NCBI GenBank assembly: GCA_041665025.1
Contig: JBAYJP010000001.1
Coordinates: forward strand, 16,207-80,206
Source of the DNA: Candidatus Magasanikiibacteriota bacterium
GTDB taxonomy: Bacteria; Patescibacteriota; Patescibacteriia; Magasanikbacterales; UBA922
DNA length: 64,000 nt
Direction of reading: 5' to 3'
Shown: piece by piece, positions 20,184 through 31,662 of the stretch
Numbering within the stretch: position 1 is the stretch's first letter
Layout of the letters: the number at the start of each line of letters is the position of its first letter
Notes under the pieces: model-generated
Seen by the model: only the letters and a program-made list of their open reading frames with translations
The model's database searches: none
What the model was told of the DNA's origin: nothing
Translations under genes and position numbers: made by a program

Positions 20184-22829
20184 ATGATACCTCAAAACTT
20201 TACGCACAAATCCCAAGAAGCCATACAGAGCGCACAACAAATTGCACTCGACTATGGTCAACAACAAATTGAACCTCCCCATCTTTTTTTGGCGTTGCTC
20301 GAGCAAGAAGAAGGCGTTGTTGTCTCTATTTTTAAAAAATTAAATGTTAATATCAAGGAACTCACAGACCTTGTGGAACAACTAACCGAAAAAATTCCCA
20401 AACAAACCCATATCCAAGGAGCTGCCATTGGACAGGTTTTACTTGGGCAAGCAATGCTGTATGTCCTTCAACAAGCTAATAATGAAGCAAAAAAAATGAA
20501 AGATGATTTTATCAGTGTAGAACATTTGTTGCTTGCTTTTTTAACTAACAAAAATCCTATTTCAGATGCATTGCAACGTCAAGGCGTCCAGTATCAGGAT
20601 ATTTTGAAAGTACTCGTTTCTATCCGTGGTACCCAACGGGTGGACTCTCCAGAACCTGAGACAAAATATCAAGCTCTTGAGAAATATGGTATGAATTTAA
20701 CTGATCGTGCACGAAAAGAAAAGCTTGATCCAGTCATTGGACGCGATGATGAAATCCGCCGTGTTATGCAAGTACTTTCACGCAGGACGAAAAATAATCC
20801 GGTCCTTATTGGTGAACCTGGAGTAGGTAAAACAGCAGTAGCAGAAGGATTGGCTCAACGTATTGTAAATGGGGACGTGCCAGAAAATTTGCAAGACAAA
20901 GAAATTATCGCGCTTGATATTGGTTCGCTTTTGGCAGGGACCAAATTTCGCGGTGAATTTGAAGAACGTTTCAAAGCAATTATCAAAGAAATTACCGACT
21001 CCAACGGAAAAATTATTTTGTTTATAGACGAATTACACAGTATTGTAGGTGCAGGAAGTTCTGAAGGTGCGGTAGACGCTTCAAACATGCTAAAACCAGG
21101 CCTTGCGCGCGGAGAATTGCATATCATTGGTGCTACCACACTAAAAGAATATCAGAAGCACATTGAAAAAGACGCGGCATTTGAACGCCGTTTTCAACCT
21201 ATTATGGTTGTCGAGCCTTCCCAGGATGATGCAATCGCTATACTCCGTGGTATAAAAGAAAAATATGAGGTACACCACGGCGTGCGCATCACAGACTCCG
21301 CCATTATCTCTGCGGTCTCTTTGTCCCACCGCTATATTACTGATCGTTTTTTGCCAGATAAGGCAATTGATCTGATAGATGAAGCCGCGTCAGCCCTCAA
21401 GATGCAGATAGATTCAATGCCAGACGACCTTGATAAAATGAAGCGCAAGATGATGAAAATCGAGATTGAATTGCGCGCACTCAAAAAAGAACAAAATGAA
21501 GATGTAAAAGCCCGTGAAAAACAACTCAAAGAAGAACTTGCAAATTTGAAAGAACAAAGCAAGGAAATTGAAATGCAGTGGAATAATGAAAAAGAAATTA
21601 TCACAAAAATTCGTGAGAATAAAAAAGAAATTGACAAACTCAAACAACATGCAGATATAGAAGAACGCAAAGGCGACCTACAAAAAGTTGCTGAGATTCG
21701 GTATGGAAAAATTCCTATGATAGAAGAAGCAACCAAAAAATTTGAAATTAAACTTGCTGATCTGCAAAAAAATAATAGTATTCTAAAAGAAGAAGTGACA
21801 GAGGAAGATATTGCCCGTGTTGTCTCACGATGGACAGGCGTACCCATAAACAAAATGTTGCAAGATGAGGTAATTAAACTCGCAAAAATGGAAGACGAAC
21901 TTTCACACCGTGTCATAGGTCAACTTGAAGCAATACGATCAATATCCAATGCAATACGCCGAAGCCGAGCTGGTATTTCTGAAGAAAAGCGACCGATAGG
22001 ATCTTTCATCTTTATGGGTCCTACCGGGGTTGGTAAAACAGAGCTTGCAAAAACACTTGCTGAATTTTTGTTTAATGACGAAAATTCTCTGGTGCGTGTA
22101 GACATGAGCGAATATATGGAAAAGCACGCAGTAAGCAAGATGATTGGCTCCCCTCCTGGCTATGTCGGATTTGATGAGGGCGGACAATTGACTGAAATTA
22201 TCAGAAGAAAACCTTATTCTGTCATTTTGTTTGATGAGATAGAAAAGGCTCATCCTGATGTATTTAATATCATGCTTCAAATTCTGGAAGATGGGCAATT
22301 GACTAATTCAAAAGGACGACGGGTTAATTTCAAAAATACGGTCATTATTATGACGAGCAATATTGCAAGCGACATTATTATGCAAATGGGACGAACCGGA
22401 GACTTTGGTTTTGAGGAAAAACATAATGTAAAAGGTACATCTAAACAAAAAGAAGAAAAAATAAATGAACGTGTTATGGAAGCTCTTCGCGAGCACTTCA
22501 AACCAGAATTTTTGAATCGAGTTGATGAAATTATTATTTTTCATACCCTCCAGACAGGACATATTCGTACTATTGTTGATTTGCAACTCAAACATATTGC
22601 GCAGAGGCTTGAAAAACAGAAAATAAAGTTAGATATTACAGACAAAGCAAAAGACTGGCTCGCCAAAAAAGGTTATGATGAAAATTTGGGTGCTCGTCCT
22701 CTCAGGCGCGTCATCCAGACAGACTTGCTTGATGAGCTTGCCATGCAGATTATTGAAAAAAAAATCAGCGAAGGCGACGAAGCAAAAGTTGATATTTCAA
22801 AGAACAAGATTGAAATAAAGAAAAAATAA
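20184..22829 (+). CDS. clpB: ATP-dependent chaperone ClpB
   Basis: Two AAA+ modules (GEPGVGKT and GPTGVGKT), coiled-coil M domain, GARPLRR. Confidence 0.97.
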   Translation: MIPQNFTHKSQEAIQSAQQIALDYGQQQIEPPHLFLALLEQEEGVVVSIFKKLNVNIKELTDLVEQLTEKIPKQTHIQGAAIGQVLLGQAMLYVLQQANNEAKKMKDDFISVEHLLLAFLTNKNPISDALQRQGVQYQDILKVLVSIRGTQRVDSPEPETKYQALEKYGMNLTDRARKEKLDPVIGRDDEIRRVMQVLSRRTKNNPVLIGEPGVGKTAVAEGLAQRIVNGDVPENLQDKEIIALDIGSLLAGTKFRGEFEERFKAIIKEITDSNGKIILFIDELHSIVGAGSSEGAVDASNMLKPGLARGELHIIGATTLKEYQKHIEKDAAFERRFQPIMVVEPSQDDAIAILRGIKEKYEVHHGVRITDSAIISAVSLSHRYITDRFLPDKAIDLIDEAASALKMQIDSMPDDLDKMKRKMMKIEIELRALKKEQNEDVKAREKQLKEELANLKEQSKEIEMQWNNEKEIITKIRENKKEIDKLKQHADIEERKGDLQKVAEIRYGKIPMIEEATKKFEIKLADLQKNNSILKEEVTEEDIARVVSRWTGVPINKMLQDEVIKLAKMEDELSHRVIGQLEAIRSISNAIRRSRAGISEEKRPIGSFIFMGPTGVGKTELAKTLAEFLFNDENSLVRVDMSEYMEKHAVSKMIGSPPGYVGFDEGGQLTEIIRRKPYSVILFDEIEKAHPDVFNIMLQILEDGQLTNSKGRRVNFKNTVIIMTSNIASDIIMQMGRTGDFGFEEKHNVKGTSKQKEEKINERVMEALREHFKPEFLNRVDEIIIFHTLQTGHIRTIVDLQLKHIAQRLEKQKIKLDITDKAKDWLAKKGYDENLGARPLRRVIQTDLLDELAMQIIEKKISEGDEAKVDISKNKIEIKKK

Positions 22830-22839
22830 TTATCAAAAA

Positions 22840-22868
22840 CAAAAACACCCCGCTAAGTGGGTGTTTTT
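22840..22868. terminator. Bidirectional terminator between clpB and the ferredoxin gene
   Basis: AAAAACACCC...GGGTGTTTTT hairpin between convergent genes. Confidence 0.65.
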
Positions 22869-22877
22869 CAATATTAC

Positions 22878-23165
22878 TTATTGTTCAGGAAATATTTGTT
22901 TGCCTTCCTCATCATACAAGAGTATTGCAAGTACTGGACAGGACTGTGCCGCAAGCAAAATCATATCCTCCTGCGTACCATCAGGGTCTACCACGTATGC
23001 GAGGTTATTTTCATCCATCTGAAAGACTCCGGGTGCTACTACGACACATGATTGTGCGCCTATACATTTTTGCTTATCCACGACGATTCGTCTCATCTTT
23101 CCTCCATTTCGTATTTTCATTGATATATCTTCGGGCAAATTATCTGGCAATCTTGGTTCTGGCAT
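22878..23165 (-). CDS. Ferredoxin (3Fe-4S/4Fe-4S type)
   Basis: CIGAQSCVVVAP...SCPVLAI. Confidence 0.85.
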   Translation of the reverse strand: MPEPRLPDNLPEDISMKIRNGGKMRRIVVDKQKCIGAQSCVVVAPGVFQMDENNLAYVVDPDGTQEDMILLAAQSCPVLAILLYDEEGKQIFPEQ

Positions 23166-23174
23166 ATGGCATAT

Positions 23175-23465
23175 TTATAAATCTCCTAAAAAATTTTCAG
23201 AGGCAAAAAGTTCTTCTTCACTCAGTCTTTTGAATGGATCTCCACGTTGCTTTTGTACATGTTCTTCAATAGTGTCAGGATTACTATAATGAAAAATCTG
23301 TGTTCCGTCAACAAGAACATTAGGTCCTCTTTGGCAATGTCCGAGACAACTGCAGTAATTCACTTGTCTGTCTTTGCTTTCTTTAGATGAAGATAAAAGA
23401 TTATAAATTTTTTGTGATCCTCTCTTTGAGCACATCTCTCCAGAACATACTTCTATACCTTGCAT
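23175..23465 (-). CDS. Thioredoxin-like (2Fe-2S) ferredoxin
   Basis: VCSGEMC...CLGHCQRGPN. Confidence 0.8.
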   Translation of the reverse strand: MQGIEVCSGEMCSKRGSQKIYNLLSSSKESKDRQVNYCSCLGHCQRGPNVLVDGTQIFHYSNPDTIEEHVQKQRGDPFKRLSEEELFASENFLGDL

Positions 23466-23483
23466 AGCTCTGATTATTTTATT

Positions 23484-23768
23484 TTAAACACCCATCATAT
23501 TGCGAACTTTTTCTGGTAATTTCCATGGCGGATCAAATGTTATCCGGACAAAAACAGTACCAAACCCCAGTTCTCGTACCGCATTTTCCACTTCTTCTTT
23601 CAAGAATGATTGAAGATGGCACAGAGGGGTTGTGAGCGTCATAACAATTTCCGCATCATTTTCTTTAATATTTATTTCATAAATAAAACCAAGAGTCCAC
23701 ACATCAATCCCAATGTCTGGATCTAGAACTGTCTTGAGTTTTTCTATAACTTCTTCACGTGTAATCAT
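23484..23768 (-). CDS. DUF59/SufT Fe-S assembly protein
   Basis: DPD...LG, MTLTTPLC and FDPPW motifs. Confidence 0.88.
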   Translation of the reverse strand: MITREEVIEKLKTVLDPDIGIDVWTLGFIYEINIKENDAEIVMTLTTPLCHLQSFLKEEVENAVRELGFGTVFVRITFDPPWKLPEKVRNMMGV

Positions 23769-23780
23769 AAGATAAAAAAA

Positions 23781-24443
23781 TTAATCAGCTCCGTAATACT
23801 TCTCACTATAAAATCGAATGAGCTGTTCAATTTCTGGAATCGCTTCCGGGCTTGCTGCGCCAACTTTAAGTTTATGCTGCACTTCTTCAAGAGTTTTTGC
23901 ACCCTCAAGTACTGCCTCTTCTATATCATGATCAGTGATATTAAGTTCTTTATCAATAATTTTTGCACCAGACGTGATTATTCTGCTATGCTGGCCCATT
24001 CTTCGAAACCAGTCATTCACTGCGGATTGTAATGCTTTGTCGCCGAGTACTGAACAGTGAATTTTACGTGCGGGAAGTCCCCCAAGCCTCGTCATAATGT
24101 CTTGAGGCCTAACCTTAAGAGCCTCTTCAATCGTCATCCCACCATTTTCAGTAAGCATCACAGATAGCATTGAGGTTGAGGCAATTGCGCTCCCACAACC
24201 AAATGTTTGCCACTTGCAGTCAATTATTTTTTCAGTTTTTGGATCAATACTAATCCACATAACCATTTCATCCCCACAAGCAGGTGAACCTACTCGACCA
24301 ATCGCATAGTCACTATATTTATCTTCCTCGCCATGGAACAAAATATTTTGAGGATTAAAAAAATGCTCTTTGACAATATCTGAGTACAGCCAAGAACCAC
24401 CTTGTTTATCTCTAATTTTTGCACCTGCATGCTGTTCTTCCAT
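23781..24443 (-). CDS. IscU/NifU-type scaffold with a degenerate BFD-like C-terminal domain
   Basis: HFFNPQN, PACGD, TFGCGSAIAS and KIHCS motifs. Confidence 0.88.
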   Translation of the reverse strand: MEEQHAGAKIRDKQGGSWLYSDIVKEHFFNPQNILFHGEEDKYSDYAIGRVGSPACGDEMVMWISIDPKTEKIIDCKWQTFGCGSAIASTSMLSVMLTENGGMTIEEALKVRPQDIMTRLGGLPARKIHCSVLGDKALQSAVNDWFRRMGQHSRIITSGAKIIDKELNITDHDIEEAVLEGAKTLEEVQHKLKVGAASPEAIPEIEQLIRFYSEKYYGAD

Positions 24444-24458
24444 ACTATATATAAAATA

Positions 24459-25745
24459 TTATCGCTGATGATACTGTGCGTGTATATTTTCTTTTGGATT
24501 CTGTTTCAAATCTACCGGACTGATCTGTCTAAGCGTCTCGACAATACCTGGTAAATATTTCATCACATATTCAATTTCTTCTTTGGTATTCCGTTTCCCT
24601 AAGCTGAATCGTAAACTGCCATGTGCATATTCATAAGGCAACCCAAGTGCAAGCAATACATGCGAAGGATCAAGTGAATCTGACGTGCAAGCTGAACCAG
24701 TAGAACACATAATTCCATATTCATCCAAATACAGCAATAATGCTTCACCTTCAATATCTAATATAGAAATATTCAAATTATTTGGTAAACGTTTTAATTC
24801 GCCTTCTGCACTTTTTTTTGAATCTAAATCCGGTCCATTAAGCCTTATTTTAGGGATTTTTTTTTGTAGTAATTCCCAAAAATAATTTCTTAACTCAATA
24901 AGACGTCTATTTTCTTCTTCCCTATTTTTCTGAGCAAGTTCAAATGCTTTTGCAAAACCAACTATACCGGGAATATTTTCCGTACCAGCCCGTAGACGCA
25001 TTTCCTGGCTACCCCCGACAACAAGTGGTTCTATGGAGACATTCCGTCGCCTATAGAGTAATCCAACACCTTTTGGACCATATATTTTGCTTGCATTTAT
25101 CGTCATGCAATCAACATGCAATTTTTCTACATCTAACTCAAACACACCCGCAGCCTGGCATGCGTCTGAATGAAAGTAAGGATAGCTGGTTGCATTCTCT
25201 TTTCTCCACTTCAGAATTTCTCGTCCAATATCTGCAATCGGTTCTACACTCCCTATTTCATTATTTGCGTACATGATGGTGACGAGAATAGTATCCTCAC
25301 GAAGAGCCTTCTTTACTTGTTTTGCCGTCACAAAACCATAGACGTCCACGTCCAAATACGTGATTTCAAAACCCTCTTTTTCCAGTTTTTGACACGCATG
25401 CAAAACCGCATGATGTTCAATTTTGGTTGTAATAATGTGTTTGCCTTTGTCTTTGTATTTTCGTGCAATACCCAAAATAGCCAAATTATCTGACTCAGTT
25501 CCCCCTCCGGTAAATAGTATAGTATCAGGTAATGTATGGAGTAATTGAGCAATACTACGCCGAGCATCATTAAGTGCACCATTAACCTCGCGTGCAGAGG
25601 TATACAAAGCAGAAGGATTTTCAAAATGATCTGTCCAATATGGTTCCATTATATGCAAGACTTGTGGATCAAGATATGTTGTTGCTGCGTGATCAAGATA
25701 TACTAGTTTTTTTTCATGGGGTATTTTCAGAGAATGTGAGACCAT
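24459..25745 (-). CDS. iscS: Cysteine desulfurase (IscS/NifS)
   Basis: YLDHAATT, GGTESDN, KIYGPKG and STGSACTS motifs. Confidence 0.92.
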   Translation of the reverse strand: MVSHSLKIPHEKKLVYLDHAATTYLDPQVLHIMEPYWTDHFENPSALYTSAREVNGALNDARRSIAQLLHTLPDTILFTGGGTESDNLAILGIARKYKDKGKHIITTKIEHHAVLHACQKLEKEGFEITYLDVDVYGFVTAKQVKKALREDTILVTIMYANNEIGSVEPIADIGREILKWRKENATSYPYFHSDACQAAGVFELDVEKLHVDCMTINASKIYGPKGVGLLYRRRNVSIEPLVVGGSQEMRLRAGTENIPGIVGFAKAFELAQKNREEENRRLIELRNYFWELLQKKIPKIRLNGPDLDSKKSAEGELKRLPNNLNISILDIEGEALLLYLDEYGIMCSTGSACTSDSLDPSHVLLALGLPYEYAHGSLRFSLGKRNTKEEIEYVMKYLPGIVETLRQISPVDLKQNPKENIHAQYHQR

Positions 25746-25751
25746 AAAATA

Positions 25752-26159
25752 TTATACCCGATCAAGAATGCGAGTTTGATTCAATACCTGTTCAATATGT
25801 TTATTTATTTTTGAAAATAGATCGCATGCCGTACATGTCTTTTTACGCGGGCAATCCATTCCTTTGGTACAATCGGTAATGCCAAATGGGCCATCTACAG
25901 CGGTCATCAGTTCTTTTAACGTAATATGTTTAGGATTGATCAAACAATAATAACCTCCCCGCACGCCACGTGCTGCGTCTATAAAATTAGCTTTTTTTAA
26001 TGAACGAGCAATACGTTGTAAAAAAAGAAACGAAATTTTGCTATCAACAGCAAATTTTCTTAAACTCAAATATTCATCTTTTTTAAGTTTTGACAATGCA
26101 TACATAAGCTGCAATGCATAGTCAACTTGTTTACTCATGTGGATCATATGGCTATTCAA
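25752..26159 (-). CDS. Rrf2-family regulator (IscR-like)
   Basis: DYAL, RGVRGGY and C-terminal cysteines; first gene of the Fe-S operon. Confidence 0.88.
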   Translation of the reverse strand: MNSHMIHMSKQVDYALQLMYALSKLKKDEYLSLRKFAVDSKISFLFLQRIARSLKKANFIDAARGVRGGYYCLINPKHITLKELMTAVDGPFGITDCTKGMDCPRKKTCTACDLFSKINKHIEQVLNQTRILDRV

Positions 26160-26258
26160 TTAAAAAAATAATACTTTGAGAGTATGATATACAAAACACC
26201 ATGAATTGTCAACAGAAGAAAAAGGAGAGGGATGTGAATAACTCACTGGTTTCTTCGA

Positions 26259-26843
26259 TTAGAAGGGAAGCGTTAGATTAATGCCCTTTCCAGAGCTTGA
26301 TTCTTGGTTAAAGGAGTTTTCAATAACATCAAAATTAACTGCAAAAGGCTGTATTTCGCCTGTCAGCGTCGGAAAATACAGCATGCGATTTTTCTTTCCA
26401 TATTCATACAACTCCTTTGTTACTTTTACATCTTGCTCGCAATATTTCTTTATTTCATCCATTTTCCCCTCCTCATACCATGTCTGTGCTTGCAGACCAT
26501 CGGCGCTTTTACTTATTTGCAATGTTGCCTGGGCAATATCATTCAATCTATATCTCTTGCCTGTTGATTCTTTGATGATTTTCAAAATATCAAGATTTTG
26601 AAAACGAAGTAAGTCTCCTGTATAGTATTTATTGAGAATGGGGAGATCAAAGTGCTCGCTATTATAGCCAATGATACACTGTGCCTTTTCAAGAATGGGC
26701 CACAGCTGCTTTAGCTCTGACTCTTCAAATGAAGTATATGTGCTAGTTTCGTATTGATAGATAGAAACAACGGTAACCTTGACGGTATCCATATTTTTTA
26801 GGTCACCATATGTTTCGATGTCTAATACTACTTCACGAGACAT
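26259..26843 (-). CDS. RNase H-like / DEDD exonuclease-domain protein (YprB-like)
   Basis: LDIET, GYNSEHFDLP and YCEQDV motifs. Confidence 0.75.
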   Translation of the reverse strand: MSREVVLDIETYGDLKNMDTVKVTVVSIYQYETSTYTSFEESELKQLWPILEKAQCIIGYNSEHFDLPILNKYYTGDLLRFQNLDILKIIKESTGKRYRLNDIAQATLQISKSADGLQAQTWYEEGKMDEIKKYCEQDVKVTKELYEYGKKNRMLYFPTLTGEIQPFAVNFDVIENSFNQESSSGKGINLTLPF

Positions 26844-26891
26844 AACAAAATAAAAAGATTAAAAGATTTCAAAACTAGAAGATTACCGGAT

Positions 26892-27245
26892 TTATTTGAC
26901 TTTTTTAAACTTAACAGAAAAAATGGGTTCGTAATTATTGTTGTCTGCGTCAGTAATCTCAACAATCTCCCCTTTTGTTACTTTTGACAATGCAATATCT
27001 GATAATAATTCCATATCAGAATCAATATCAATTTTTATATCTTCGAGTTCTGTCATCTCTTTTGAAAATTGTTCACGTATTGAAATTTCAATTCGTTTCA
27101 TCGTCTCACGCACACTTTTTCTTTTCTCCACGAGATCCTGATATTCTGTGTTACCTACCAGCGCATCTTTGTACATTGAGCGCAAGTCTTTTTGTTTGCG
27201 CTTTGCTTCTTGCACCCGATTAAAAACTGATTGAATGTCTTGCAT
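26892..27245 (-). CDS. Conserved hypothetical coiled-coil protein
   Basis: Clean ORF ending YEPIFSVKFKK, co-oriented with neighbours. Confidence 0.65.
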   Translation of the reverse strand: MQDIQSVFNRVQEAKRKQKDLRSMYKDALVGNTEYQDLVEKRKSVRETMKRIEISIREQFSKEMTELEDIKIDIDSDMELLSDIALSKVTKGEIVEITDADNNNYEPIFSVKFKKVK

Positions 27246-27333
27246 AAAAATATAAGGTTATGAGCTTGCATATTTTATCATATAAAAAGAAAAACTCCAA
27301 GTGTGGAGTTTTATCTTGTTATGTATAGTAGAT

Positions 27334-27570
27334 TTATCCTTGAATCCCAAGCGCCATATTTATTCTCATCTTATCAAAACCGATAATAATAGTGCCATTC
27401 ACATCAAGCACTGGGACGCCCATTTGTCCTGACTTTTCTATCATTTCCCGCGCCTTGTCTTGATCATGCGCGACGTTATAATCCACAAACTCAATGCTAC
27501 GTTCTTGCAAATACTGTTTAGCCAAAACACAATATGGGCATGTGGGTGTTGAGTAGACTGCTACTGACAT
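27334..27570 (-). CDS. Glutaredoxin-like protein (YruB/NrdH family)
   Basis: YSTPTCPYC and SGQMGVPV motifs. Confidence 0.9.
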   Translation of the reverse strand: MSVAVYSTPTCPYCVLAKQYLQERSIEFVDYNVAHDQDKAREMIEKSGQMGVPVLDVNGTIIIGFDKMRINMALGIQG

Positions 27571-27686
27571 AGATATATTAATTAATGATAACAATATACA
27601 GAATGCCAATAATGCGTGCTCAGGTCAACTGTGGATAACTGCTAAAACAAAAAACCAGGGCTATACCTGGTTTTTAACATATCTAT

Positions 27687-29474
27687 TTATTTCTTTCGTG
27701 CTGCTTTAACTCGTTCGACATCTTTCAAAATTTGCTTACGCAGACGGATGCTCTTTGGTGTTACTTCAAGAAATTCATCTTCTGCCATCACTTCCAAACC
27801 TCGTTCGAGGGTCAATTCCATTGGTGGCACCAATTGTATTGCCATGTCAGCGTTTGATGAACGCATATTGGTAAGATGTTTGCCTTTGATAGGATTTACC
27901 GTCATATCCTGTCCTTTGGATGTATTGCCAATGACCTGGCCATCGTAGACATCCACATTTGGTGCGACAAATAATGTACCACGATCTTGCAAGTTTGCGA
28001 GTGAGTATGCAAGTACTTTTCCTGTTTCCCCAGAAATCATAGATCCGACATCGCGCTTATCAATTTCACCTGCGTGGGGCTTAAATCCCAATACTTCACT
28101 ACACAAAATACCTTCTCCACGTGTATCAACAATAAACTCACTGCGATAACCCAAAAGTCCACGCGTGGGAATTTCGTAAATCAAGCGCGTATGATTTTGT
28201 TCTGGACGCATTTCTTTCATCACGCCTTTTCGTTTTGACATTTTTTCTATCACGGTCCCACAACATTCCTGTGGAATATCTATCGTGACTTCTTCAAATG
28301 GTTCACATGTTACCCCATCAATTTCTTTGATAATAACCTGGGGCTGAGATACCTGCAATTCGAATCCTTCACGGCGCATATTTTCTAGTAAAATAGCCAC
28401 GTGCAATTCCCCTCTTCCAAATACTTTGTAATAATCTACTGCGGAAAAGTCTATTTTCAAACCAACATTAACTTCCAATTCTTTTTCCAAACGTTCTTTG
28501 ATTTGTCTATTCGTAACAAATTTTCCTTCTTTGCCTGCAAACGGAGAATTATTCACCAAAAAATTAAGTGAAATCGTTGGTTCATCAATTTTGATAGCAG
28601 GCAAGAGCTCCGCGTCACGGCTCGCGCACACAGTATCGCCAATATAAATGTCTGGCAATCCTGCAATCATCACAATATCTCCCGCAACAACCTCAGAAAC
28701 TTCTTTCCGGGTAATACCTTCAAACGTAAACATCTTCGTAATGCCCCCTGAAATGATTTGACCGTCATGCTTTTTCAAAAATACTTTATCAGTCATTTTC
28801 AAAACACCCTGGTACATGCGGCCGATACCCATGCGGCCAAGATAGTTGTCATATGCCAGATTGAATGGTTGGAATGTGAAAGGCAATGTAGTATCTACTT
28901 TTACCGCAGAAACTTTTTCCAAAATAGTATCCAAAAGCGGAGTAAGATCATTTGATTCATCTGTTAATTTCATTTTTGCAATTCCTAATTTTGCAATGGC
29001 GTACACCGTAGTAAAATCAAGTTGTTCATCATTGGCACCAAGATCCATAAATAATTCCAAAACTTTTTCTTGGGTCCATTCTGGCCGAGCGGCTGGCTTG
29101 TCAATTTTATTTATAACTACAATAGGCTTAAGTCCAAGTTCGAGTGATTTTTTCAAAACAAATTTTGTCTGTGGCATGGGGCCTTCTTGCGCATCTACCA
29201 CAAGTAAGACTGAATCAATGGATCTAAGCACGCGTTCAACCTCTGAACCAAAATCCGCATGACCTGGAGTGTCTACAATATTTATTTTTGTATCCTTATA
29301 GAAAACAGATGTATTTTTTGAATAAATCGTAATACCGCGCTCTTTTTCAAGCGCGTTGCTGTCCATACTCACACTGTCATCTGTCACCATGCCGGTCTGC
29401 TTCATAAGAGCATCGGTGAGACGAGTTTTGCCATGGTCTACATGGGCGATGATTGCAATATTTCTGATTTCCAT
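27687..29474 (-). CDS. typA: Translational GTPase TypA/BipA
   Basis: IRNIAIIAHVDHGKT, DTPGHADFG, GRGELH and EVTPKSIRLRK motifs. Confidence 0.96.
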   Translation of the reverse strand: MEIRNIAIIAHVDHGKTRLTDALMKQTGMVTDDSVSMDSNALEKERGITIYSKNTSVFYKDTKINIVDTPGHADFGSEVERVLRSIDSVLLVVDAQEGPMPQTKFVLKKSLELGLKPIVVINKIDKPAARPEWTQEKVLELFMDLGANDEQLDFTTVYAIAKLGIAKMKLTDESNDLTPLLDTILEKVSAVKVDTTLPFTFQPFNLAYDNYLGRMGIGRMYQGVLKMTDKVFLKKHDGQIISGGITKMFTFEGITRKEVSEVVAGDIVMIAGLPDIYIGDTVCASRDAELLPAIKIDEPTISLNFLVNNSPFAGKEGKFVTNRQIKERLEKELEVNVGLKIDFSAVDYYKVFGRGELHVAILLENMRREGFELQVSQPQVIIKEIDGVTCEPFEEVTIDIPQECCGTVIEKMSKRKGVMKEMRPEQNHTRLIYEIPTRGLLGYRSEFIVDTRGEGILCSEVLGFKPHAGEIDKRDVGSMISGETGKVLAYSLANLQDRGTLFVAPNVDVYDGQVIGNTSKGQDMTVNPIKGKHLTNMRSSNADMAIQLVPPMELTLERGLEVMAEDEFLEVTPKSIRLRKQILKDVERVKAARKK

Positions 29475-29680
29475 ACGTATATCAATCTAATACTTTATTT
29501 TTAGGCTAAATTTAGCCGAATTATATATGAATATATTTAAAATGTCAAGCCTTAGGCACTAATCCTCATAATTTAAATAATAACTTCCCCTAACATCTAT
29601 GAAATATTGGCTTATTTGACTTAACGTAAATTAAACTGATATGCTAAAAATATCCAATTAATTCATTTAATTAATTCTAT

Positions 29681-29875
29681 ATGAAAACATTATCTTGCAA
29701 AAGTATGGGTATCGATTGTGATTTTGTGGCAGAAGCAGAAACTGACGAAGAGGTGATAAAAAAAGGTCTAGAACATGCCGATGACGAACATACGGAATAC
29801 ATGGAAAAAATGAGAACGACCATGTCTGAACAGCAGATTATGGATGCGGCTAAGATGAAAATCAAAACCGTCTAG
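29681..29875 (+). CDS. Small metal-binding protein (DUF1059-like)
   Basis: CKSMGIDCDF...E...H...H pattern; terminator follows. Confidence 0.75.
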   Translation: MKTLSCKSMGIDCDFVAEAETDEEVIKKGLEHADDEHTEYMEKMRTTMSEQQIMDAAKMKIKTV

Positions 29876-29934
29876 CTCACACAAAAAACTGCTCAAATAG
29901 TCGGGCAGTTTTTTGTAATTATATTTTCTTTATT

Positions 29935-30387
29935 TTATTCATTAACTTTCTGGAGTTGTACGCTACCAGGTTGAGGCATCTCTGGTCTCATCTGTACTGT
30001 TTGCGCGGTAATACTTCCATCTTGGTTTGTTTTTCCATTTATCATAAGATTTTGACCCACGTTTAAATCATCCGTCGTTCCTTCGGATGATTTCATAACT
30101 TGTGTCGATGATGAAAAATAAATAAGTTTTGAACCGCCATCTTGCAACTTCAATGTCATGCTCGTTGCATCTTTTGAGAGCAATTCACCTGTTGCGAACC
30201 CTTGACCATTCTGAACATTTCCACCACCCTGACGCATAGCAGCACCTTGCCCCATAAAATTTCCTCTGCCAGCAAAATTAGGGAGATTTGTTTGTTGCTT
30301 TGATTGCTCATACTTCATACCACCAAAAAAACTTCCTAGACCAACGACGATTGCTGTGATTGCCACAATGAGAATTGTTTTTTTCAT
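29935..30387 (-). CDS. Membrane-anchored OB-fold protein (DUF5666-like) associated with the ABC exporter
   Basis: N-terminal TM ending FFGGMKY, Gly-rich linker, GSITAQTVQ. Confidence 0.65.
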   Translation of the reverse strand: MKKTILIVAITAIVVGLGSFFGGMKYEQSKQQTNLPNFAGRGNFMGQGAAMRQGGGNVQNGQGFATGELLSKDATSMTLKLQDGGSKLIYFSSSTQVMKSSEGTTDDLNVGQNLMINGKTNQDGSITAQTVQMRPEMPQPGSVQLQKVNE

Positions 30388-30425
30388 ATAGAAAAATAAA
30401 TAAATTTTTAATTAAAATTTTAAAC

Positions 30426-31652
30426 TTACTGATAACGTAATGCTTCTATAGGATTAAGCCGTGCTGCTCGTTTTGCTGGATAATATCCAAATAAAATTCC
30501 TACTAATGCAGAAATGCCAAACGACATAATAATTGAAGAGCTATTGACCACTGTAGTTGTTCCACTTAGTTTATAAATAACCCATGCAGCAAACCATCCC
30601 ACTACAATGCCAATAACTCCCCCGATAAAAGTAAGGGCAACCGACTCTGCCAAGAATTGGGCACTGATATCTTTATTTGTTGCTCCGAGTGATTTACGCA
30701 AACCTATTTCTCGCGTTCTTTCGGTAACCGTGGTCAACATCATATTCATAATTCCAATTCCTCCAACAAAAAGTGAAATTCCACCAATTGCGCCAAGTAA
30801 GAGAGTGAGTGTTCCTGATACTTCCGACGCAGCACCCAATATATCTGCCTGGTTTAAAATACTAAAATCAGCGCTCAGAGCGTCAGTAATGTGATGACGT
30901 TGTAACAACAGACTCTGCACTTCTGCTTGAACCTGGCTCATGCTATCGGCAGACGTAGCTTGGATATTGATATTACTTACGGATTCGTTTCCCGTAAGAT
31001 ACTGTTGTGCGGTAGTAATGGGAATATAAATAAGATCATCAGAACTTCCCAACCCTGTTCCACCTTTTGCCTGAGTAACACCAATTACCGAATATTGCTG
31101 ACCGTCAATGCGTATTTTTTGCCCAATTGGATTGACACCTGCTCCAAACAAATCATCACGTGTGGTAGGTCCAAGTACTGCCACCCGCGCATGTGAGTTT
31201 ATTTGATTTTCACTTATAGCAACACCCAGATCAATTGCGACTGTTTTAATAGTAAAATAATGTGTATCAATTCCATAAATACTGGTGTTCGTATTCTGCC
31301 CTTTTACAATCACCTGTTTACGCGAACTGACGGTTGGCGCGATTGCTTCAATATTTTCTATTTTTTCGTTTATTGCTTCACTATCACCAATGGTCAATGT
31401 TTGTGAAGAACCTGCACCACCCCTTACAATATTACCACCAGACTGTCTCTGGCTTCCCGGCGTGACTACGAGTAAATTTGTCCCCAACGATTCTATTCTA
31501 CTCGATATATCCTGGGTTGCACCCTGGCCAACAGATATCATGGCAATAACTGACGCGATACCAATAACAATACCCAAAATAGTCAAGGCAGAGCGAGACT
31601 TATTTGAAGATAATGAAAAATATGTTTCTTCAAAGAGGTCTGAAAATATCAT
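30426..31652 (-). CDS. MacB/FtsX-type ABC permease
   Basis: RSALTILGIVIG, GGIGIMNMML...ERTREIG and NPIEALRY motifs. Confidence 0.92.
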   Translation of the reverse strand: MIFSDLFEETYFSLSSNKSRSALTILGIVIGIASVIAMISVGQGATQDISSRIESLGTNLLVVTPGSQRQSGGNIVRGGAGSSQTLTIGDSEAINEKIENIEAIAPTVSSRKQVIVKGQNTNTSIYGIDTHYFTIKTVAIDLGVAISENQINSHARVAVLGPTTRDDLFGAGVNPIGQKIRIDGQQYSVIGVTQAKGGTGLGSSDDLIYIPITTAQQYLTGNESVSNINIQATSADSMSQVQAEVQSLLLQRHHITDALSADFSILNQADILGAASEVSGTLTLLLGAIGGISLFVGGIGIMNMMLTTVTERTREIGLRKSLGATNKDISAQFLAESVALTFIGGVIGIVVGWFAAWVIYKLSGTTTVVNSSSIIMSFGISALVGILFGYYPAKRAARLNPIEALRYQ

Positions 31653-31662
31653 ACATGGTATA

